The translations under genes and the position numbers were made by a program. From Marsupella aquatica (Eukaryota; Plantae; Marchantiophyta), in the NCBI GenBank assembly GCA_973895155.1, contig OZ316891.1, positions 399,558-463,557 of the forward strand: a stretch of 64,000 bases of DNA, in the 5' to 3' direction. The stretch's first letter is position 1, and each line of letters opens with the position of its first letter. The notes beneath the pieces were generated by a model, which saw only the letters and a program-made list of their open reading frames with translations, was not told the origin of the DNA and ran no database searches. This document shows, piece after piece, positions 56,901-64,000 of the stretch.

Positions 56901-57643
56901 CTGCTCTGCTGCTCGGCTGGCTTCTTTGGTGCTGCCGACCTCGTTCTTTTTGCCGGGGTGGCTTCATCGTTGACGGCTCCCTTCCTCTTCATCTCTGCTG
57001 CCGTGGAGGTTTCTCCTAGCACCGTTGCCTGGGTCCACCTTTCCGTGCTACCCTTTAATTCCCAGTGGATGTCGTTGCAGTTCTTGATGGCCTCTCGGAT
57101 GCCGACGACGCTGTCTTTGCAAAACAGAAGATCGTCGAGTTGATTGGAAGTAGGCGTCCACAGGAACTCGTCCTTGATGAGTTCGCCTCCTAAGAAAGCC
57201 GTCTTGTGCAGCTCCCACAATCGAGCGAGCTCCTGCCGTTCTCGAGCTGCCCTTTCTGACTCCTCGTCCTCGTAAGTCTTGATGTACTCAGTTGCCCGTT
57301 CGAACAGGCATCCCCAAAAATGTGCCGCTTGATTGACGTTGCTCATACCCTCCTTAGGTTGATCGTCGGTATCTACTCTCTCCCCGAGTGCTTGCCTAAG
57401 CAGCTGACAGTAGTTGGCCTCCCGTAGTCGTCTGCCTAGTTCGTGCTCGCAAATGAGCCACCATCTCCTGCAAGCGCTCCTTACCCCTCTCCTCTGCCGG
57501 TCCTTCTTCCCGTTGATCCTTCCTAGCCGCCGACGCTTAACGCGCCCTAACCCTAATCGGGTTTTCACCCTTAGCCTTACCTCCGGCCTCTGCCCGGGTT
57601 CCATGGTTGCCCCTAATTGTTTATATTTTCCTTGTTTTGTCAC
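53969..57643 (-). CDS. LTR-encoded accessory protein, longest intact copy (up to 1224 aa)
   Basis: Frame is open from about 75 bp inside the LTR start. The first ATG (MEPGQRP) lies upstream of a CAG that is TAG in the other two LTRs. Confidence 0.9.
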   Translation of the reverse strand: MTKQGKYKQLGATMEPGQRPEVRLRVKTRLGLGRVKRRRLGRINGKKDRQRRGVRSACRRWWLICEHELGRRLREANYCQLLRQALGERVDTDDQPKEGMSNVNQAAHFWGCLFERATEYIKTYEDEESERAARERQELARLWELHKTAFLGGELIKDEFLWTPTSNQLDDLLFCKDSVVGIREAIKNCNDIHWELKGSTERWTQATVLGETSTAAEMKRKGAVNDEATPAKRTRSAAPKKPAEQQSRRQGEAEEEEVDPIKAIPTRDDTWKGWAATLPVEVQLHFAREEDACFTAMQTKKYQGFMAGSGLEAFVRLPWLKPEVPESDLLEFVGSWEPETNCTRIYGKDFYLTPKVIAEVFGLPMGNKTKVDTRKTLPDKEFRSFPGPSTKNGFFRNTCTNPHIGEMIDFLRVTMHCNLPRAEIGKAQVYLAERPDPSRDYNGYLLNQLKKILKEEQQVIGMGSVSRLGYHMPLLCRYARGQTFAPVLPLQVRAPEEAPTPRPLAEKPQPPVSPTIEQVFRPRKEDLPMQQPGMQSLLKLLEKEKKSASATTTATATMQDTTTEVGLHRLTRENPFAGDKERIRPESKPGVRMYVGTSSSESEAELPEAPTEEEEREKPEIQEVEEAVEDCSHDNSGYGSDHHVPGVRTCGRFVPTLPRVVRGDPNQQSSPESPPPDVAPPSFDGIKQTVQEFQERIKQEEEAALAKEKDLPGGDWPEDIRRLAEKGSKPLATIEEIRRTAWEQRPRWAMPITSTYSTYAKNRAMEYGEMCGELALGIFGEELEVGPFFHREQLEKHQLEEAVALERSKKDEVIRRLRRMGAEIEDLRAAKKAQDELRIKRHELNIMQGQLDAAQADNQNIKDKLTQTQEELADTIKEREKWKQELKNTEEAHITANSRAMAETQRKEWALKGELEKIRGALEQKEVELGKSYQGIMALQQELASLTASFKADLREKDEMLEQTYAKMNQMESVIIAELDKELRATQEEKATLKKELEEAHREQEEAKNELEGARKDLDETQEELEEITRKMENLQRRADNQTERLKKQAAVLKCLAAAGPSPVGTNQLPGVVIAEGQAAPPAPVPEVSGKGKGPAAEPPTKKKRKPSGSRSNTTSQAVVIKEVDPAPTPDRVTAKDPTTLGEGEAEAVGLAEAEAVGLAEAEAVGLAEAEAVGVVEAEAEGGPSQADGELTRSRAGNLSVGGPTAVAEEEVLGASIEDPPPVS

Positions 57644-57707
57644 TATACTAAGGTGTTCCTAGGGTGCCTTCCTGCTTTACCCACTTAACCGGCCGAGTGA
57701 TTCCTGT

Positions 57708-60700
57708 CTAGGCATCACATAGCTCCCCACTTAATTGTGAAGCGTCCTCGCGAACAACTTCATCTTCGTCCATATAGTATTTCTTGAGGCGGTCATAATG
57801 GATGCGAACTGGATATACCTCTCCCGTAATGTTGGCCAATTGCACGGAGCCATTGGGGAACATCATGGTTACTCTAAAGGGTCCTAACCAGCGAGTGTAA
57901 AGCTTTCCTGGAAACCTACTATACCTACTGTCATAAAGTAGCACAAGATCACCGGTATGAATACTAACTACTTTTAACCTTTTATCATACTGCTGCTTCA
58001 TGATATTCTGTCTATATTCTACTCTCTTGGCTGAAATCATTCTCGCTTCCTCTAAAGCTTCTAACCTATATTCTCGCTCCTTTAGGCTCTCCTCCGCTGA
58101 GGCTCTTTCCTCAATTGTAACTTGAAATGTCGGTATCTCAAGTTGCATGGGTACCAGGGCTTCTTGTCCAAAGGTTAAGAAGAAGGGTGTATGACCGGTA
58201 GTGGATTTATAGGCCAGATTGTAAGCAAAAACGGCAGCAAACAATTTATCATCCCAATCGAGTTTGTTCTGAGCTACTGTCTTGTTCAATATCTTTCCTA
58301 TGATTCCGTTTGCTCGTTCTGTCAACCCGTTTGCCTTTGGATGGTAGGGAGTAGTAGGCCTATGTTTAACTAAATACTGCTCATTTAAACGACTAATTAT
58401 ATCATTCAAAAAATGGGTTCCTCTATCACTAACTAATTCTAGGGGTGCTCCATACCTGGTGAAGATCTGCTCATACATGAATCTAGCCGTAGTAATTGCA
58501 TCATCCTTCGTTGTTGGTCTGGCCTCTACCCATTTAGTTGCATAATCCGTAGCCAGGATTATGTACTTGTTCCGTCGAGGGTGGGTCAGTGGTTTCAGAG
58601 GTCCAATGTAATCAATACCCCACTTCTCGAATGGTGCCAGAGGTAGAATAGGGTGCAGTGGATGCCTGGTGGACGCCCTTGGTCCTCCCGCTCGTTGACA
58701 AGGATCGCATTGTTTGATAAACTGATAGACATCTTTGTGCAAGGTGGGCCACCAGTAACCGGCATTTAATATCTTCTTAGACGTGGTTACTGGGGCAAAA
58801 TGTCCTCCGGCCTCCTCTCCATGCATGGCCCGTAGGACTCGTTTTACCTCTCTCTTCTCCAAACACCTTTGAATCGTGCCGTTGATTCCATGCTTGTGCA
58901 GTATGCCTTTAATGCACTGATACTGTCTGACCTTCTGCACAAAGACTGCGGCTTGCTCTCGGCTTAATCCTGGCTGTAATCTGGAAGTGCTGAGAAATTG
59001 TAAAATCTCAGGGTACCATGTACCAGCTATTTCCACAACGAATAGCTCCTCGTCGGGGAATCGATCATCGATGCAATCTGTGGCAGGTTTACCTGTGATC
59101 CTTGAAAAGAAGTCGGCATTGGCATGTAACTTTCCTGGCTTGATCCTCAGCTCATAGTCAAACTCCTGTAATAGCAAAATCCATCTTGCTACTCTGCCTG
59201 TAAGGTCCGGCTTATTGACTAGGTACTTCAAACTTTCATGATCAGTATGAAAGATTACCTTGTACCCTAGTAAATAATGCCTAAACTTTTTACAAGAATA
59301 AATGACTCCTAATGCTTCTCTTTCCGTGGTAGAGTAGTTCCGTTCGGCATCGGCAAGCTGACGGCTTGCGAAGTATATGGGATGGTCCCTTCCTTTCTCA
59401 TCCAACTGACTTAGTACTGAGCCAATACAGAAGCCCGAGACATCTACAAAAACATGAAAATCTTTGTTCCAGTCCGGTGCTATCATGACTGGGGCCTCTA
59501 CTAACATCTGCTTCAATTCTACCACCGCTGTGACTCGTTCGGGTGTGGGTTCGAAGTCTGCTCCTGCCTTGAGCATATTGGTTAATGGTAAAGCTAGCTT
59601 GGCAAAATCCTTGATGAACCGGCGATAGTAACCAATGCATCCCAAGAAGGATCTTACATCCTTTATGTTCTTAGGTTGCATGATATCTAGCCATACTGCT
59701 AGCTTACCTTTGTCAATCTCAATGCCCTTCCTTGATACCTTGTGACCTAGTAGCACCCCCTCGGTTACTGCAAAAAAACATTTATCTGGGTGTAACTTGA
59801 GACCCACCTCCCTACATCTCATGAAGGTTTTCCTGAGGTATTTAGCATGTTTCGATGCCTTCCCGAATATTGCAAAGTCATCAATGAAGATTTCCATGAA
59901 CTTTCTCAAGTAATCATGAAAAATGTTCACCATTAATCATTGGAACATAGCTGGTGCGTTGCAGAGTCCAAACGGCATATGATTGAAGACATAGATCCCC
60001 CATTCCGTGATGAAGGCCGTCTTGATTTGGTCTTCCTGCCGAATCCTGATTTGGTTATAACCAGAGTATCCATCCATGAATGAATATAGTTCATGACTGG
60101 CTACCATGTCTAGTACCATATCAGTAAACGGTAAAGGAAAATGGTCTTTTAATGTTGCTTCATTCAGCTTCCTGTAATCCTGACAAACCCGGATCTTGGG
60201 TTTACCATCGGGTCGAGCTTTCTTGGGAACTATCACAATTGGAGACACCCAGTCTGAATGCAGGACTGGAGTGATGAATCCAGCTTCCACTAGTTTGTCG
60301 ATTTCTGTTTTGACTAGCAGGGAATACTTCGGGTTCATCCTTCGAATTGGTTGTCGAAATAATTTGGCTCCTAACATGAGATCAATTCGATGTTCCCCTA
60401 GTGTTGGATCTACACCCTTTAGATCTTGGTGACTCCATGCAAACACATCCTGAAATTCAATCAATAAGTCACTGATCTCTTTCTCGAGCTCAGGTGCTAG
60501 GTTTCTCCCTAAGTTTAGTTCTCTTCCCTCTCCTAAGTCGAGCTTCCGATATTGCCGTGCTTGGATCATATTAATCTGCTTCTTCAAATTCGGGTCCAGT
60601 TCGGCTTCCAGTCTCTCTAATCTCATACCTCCATAAACTGGGATCTCGGCTGGACTAGCCGAGTCGGTCCCTTCCTTGGTGTCCATAGATTGTCCCCTTA

Positions 60701-60974
60701 CCGGTCTATTCGGTTTTGAATTAGTGGTCGGCTCCCCTTCCTGCCTTGGCTCTGGATCGTGTCTGTCCATCTCATCCACCTCTTGCTTCTGAGAGTTAGG
60801 CCGCTGTGCTCTCTCGGCTTCTAATAGGGCCTCAATTTGTTCTGCCCTCGTAATCGGCTTGTATGCCGATCCCTTGGTATTTAATTCCTTGCCGATGATC
60901 GATGGCGTTGTGGACCCCGTCGGCTCTGCCACAACGCCTGCAGAAAATCCACTGTCCCTGCTACTGCTCCCCAC
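57708..60974 (-). pseudogene. pol: Pol with a premature stop in RT (CGA>TGA at 59937-59939)
   Basis: Near-identical to 31773-35039 but split into two in-frame ORFs. Confidence 0.93.
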
Positions 60975-63874
60975 TTAGCCGTTTCATCCAATTGGTCTAC
61001 ATCCTTAACTTCCTCCGGAATTGCAGCTAAAAAGGTGGATTCTATTGTAAAGCAGTCCTCGACCTCTTCGTCTTCTTCTTCCAAGTCACCTTCCATTGGT
61101 TCTTGCCATAATCCGCTGGGGGGTACCTCTGGTCCAAAGACACCTTCTTCGGTTAGGTTAGTGAAGCATTCTAACCAACGTACTTCATCGGCTGACTCCA
61201 GTCCACTATCGTACCCATCTACTTCCCTTATGCTTTTCCTACGGTCATCCTTAGTGTCCTAGGATACCGTGATAGAGGGGGTCCCGAAAGTGAACTGCTT
61301 TTTACCCCAATCTTCTATTACCTCGGCTAGGTACAGCCATGGCCTACCAATCAATAGCCGGAATGACGTAGGATTTACCGGCTTCATTACTACATAGTTA
61401 ATGCTAAAGAAGATACCTCCTATCTCTGTCTTGATGCCGGTTAACACTCCCGTCGGAATGACCTGATATCCATTGGCCATGTTCAACACTCTTCCAGTCA
61501 TCTCCGGTGTTAGACCCCACCCTTTTGCTGTTGAATCAATCATAATACATACCCCTGATCCTCCATCGATGGGTACCCGTAGTAATAATTCTCCTTGAAT
61601 CATTAATGGTAATGCTGGGGCTCCTTGATCTTCTTCTATCATTAGTACGTCGGATCTGGTTGCTACCTTGGGTAATCTCGGCTTGCCGAGAATAGCCTTC
61701 CTTAATTGCTTCCGGAAGTACGGGCTATTTTTCAATAGTTGACCTACTGTTGCCGAGACTCTAGATTCTAGTACATCTTTAGCCAGGTCATAGGGAACAA
61801 TCGGCTTCTCTTCTGGTGGTGGTTCCATCTTGGATTCGGCCAGTTTTGCCACGCTAGTCTCCACAGCTGTTGGGTCTTCCGAAGCAAACAATGCTTTTGC
61901 TCGTTTTACATCCTTGGCAATGGCTTCGGTATTCTCCAGGGTTTCTAATTCTCTTAGTTGTTCCTTAACACTAGCCGTAACAGAGGGGTAGAACAACTTA
62001 GGATGATCTCGATTGAAGTCGCTATCTTGTGAAGGATTGGTTTCACTGGTGGGCTCATGGCTTACCTGTATTGCCGGAGCCCTCCCTTCTCCTTCTGTTG
62101 ATGTTGACGAAGAGTCGATCCTTTCCTCCGTAACCTTCCCTTTATTTTTGGCCAGCCCATCCCACCTTTCCTTCCTTCTGGTAGATCGAGTAGAGACCCG
62201 GTAGCAATCATGATCTAAATCCTCCTCTGAGAAGGTTGATAGGGCTTCGGCCTCATCATCAGATGGTACGAACTCTGCCTCGGCATCCTCTTGCCATCCT
62301 AGTTCGATGTGGTTGATTTGAACTCCTCCGGGGGTAGTACCTGGCGGTAAGATCTTGATCGGCAAAAGCTTATGATTTGCGGCCAGGCCTGCCAACCAAG
62401 TAGGACATTGCCCTAGCATATGACCTTCCTGTCGGCATCCCATACATAGCTGAGCTGGTTGTCCATCACCCTGTTTGCGTGCATTCGGGCATTCTCTAGC
62501 AAAATGGCCAGGTTGACCACAATTATAGCACGCCGCAAATCTTTGCACATTCGGCCTAGGAGGTACTGACGGGTTCTGAATAATCCGAGGATACATCTCT
62601 CCTGGATTGTTCCTTAACCCTGACCACAGAGATGCAGGTCTGTTGGATAGGTCTCGTGCTCCAGTCTCACTGATGCCGAAAACACTATCAGCGGCATCTC
62701 CCAAAAAGTACTCTACTTCTCCCTGACATGGTCTGATCTCGGCCACATGCCGAACATGATTAGTATTAAGCTTAGGACAAGCATCTTTATGGTGTCCGGT
62801 TTTATAACATAAGGCACACCATACAGAGCTATCCTCCTGTACTACCTTCTTCTTTGGTTTTACCTCTGCAATGATAGCCTTAAGTTGCTCGGTAAGGGCT
62901 ACGATGTTATCTGGTGGCTTAGCCTCCATCTTGACTTTCGTCTTCCCTCTCCTTCTGCCCTTCCTTTTCCTAGTTTTTTCTTCTTCAGAACTAGAAGATG
63001 ACTCACTCTTGCTACTCCCACTATCCGAGCTTGACTTATCACTTCTAGACTTCTTGGAATGTTTCTTCTTCTTATCTTTTTTCTTATGGGGTGATCCCTC
63101 CTCTGATGAGGAACTCTCAGACTTAAGCTGTTTCTTCCGGCTTGTGATATCTGCATTAATGTATAATTGAATATCCTTAATTGCTTCGGCTAAGGTCTCC
63201 GGGTTCTCCTTCCTAATTGCAAAACTCATCTTCTGTGGCAAAGCATTCACCAACCATTGAAGTTGCATACCTTCAGATGCATTGGTCTTTGTACGTCTTA
63301 CCAGTTTCTGAAAGCGTTGCAAGAACTTCCTGAAGGATTTGTTCTCCTTGAACCGAAGTTGTCCCAACTTCAGCACTGCTAGTTCTGAAGTTCCAATGGG
63401 TCGAAACTCCTTAACAAAGAGTGTTTTGAAGATATCCCAGATGGCTTGATCTTCCACATCTAATGCTCTGTACCAAGGCCTAGCCTCACCCTTGAACAGG
63501 CCGGGAAGAATCTGCATCTTGATGGCCGATTCTCCATTTGCTGCAGCGGTTCCCTCGAAATCATCCAACCATTCGTCCGGATCCTCATCTCCTCTCCCAT
63601 GAAATGCCTTGTAATGTATGCGCGACCGCTGGCTCAATCTGGTCCCTGGCCTCTCGTCTGGCCGTGCCTCTGGTTCCCCCATGTCGGTTGGAGACTCACT
63701 TCTCCTTACCGACTCTTCTTCTGGTATGTCTTCTTCGACGCCACTTCCAGTTTCGGAGCTACCAGCTCTTTTTGCCCCTCTCAGTCGCTGTGTATCATGC
63801 CACCCGGCGAGCTGCTGCAGTCGAGCTCTCTCCCGTTGAATCACTCTTTCTTCCCTCGGCGTAAGGTCAGTCAT
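60881..63874 (-). pseudogene. gag: Gag-protease with a premature stop (TGG>TAG at 61259-61261)
   Basis: Near-identical to 34946-37939; the stop precedes the frameshift site. Confidence 0.93.
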
Positions 63875-64000
63875 TACCTACGCTTCCGTTCTAACTTCAT
63901 ATCTCACGGCTTAAGAAATGCCCCCTCCATCTAGCGCCAAAAATGTGGTGCGTCCCATGGCTCCCTAAACCCAAGAAACCCCCCAGCTCAAGCCGATTCC

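Larger units (their letters stand above)
53038..64000 (-). mobile_element. Second copy of the giant-LTR gypsy element (extends beyond the window)
   Basis: 3' LTR 53038-57719, internal region 57720-63943 (6224 bp, same as the first copy), 5' LTR begins at 63944. Confidence 0.96.

Overview
A eukaryotic, TE-saturated region of a plant genome; a non-seed plant such as a liverwort is my inference. It is dominated by one Ty3/gypsy non-chromovirus (Athila/Phygy-like) LTR retrotransposon family. There is one complete 15.5-kb copy (27132-42667, minus strand, TSD GAAAC), one copy running off the right edge (53038-64000) and three LTR relics. The family is unusual because its LTRs are about 4.65 kb and each contains a sense-strand ORF of about 1,120-1,220 aa, with the PPT inside the end of pol. 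It also has a clear -1 frameshift signal between gag-PR and RT-RH-IN. Nested in or around it are a full-length L1 LINE (16-bp TSD), a small non-autonomous LTR element and a deleted Bianca-type Copia. Between the retroelements lie decayed, intron-containing genes. Two are homologous ParB-like + N4/N6-methyltransferase-like genes, followed by a Ulp1 protease and an FCP1 phosphatase domain respectively, and a third is a methyltransferase-like gene. One ParB gene carries arrays of a 25-bp palindrome in two predicted introns. All domain calls are by-eye motif recognition, not database searches.
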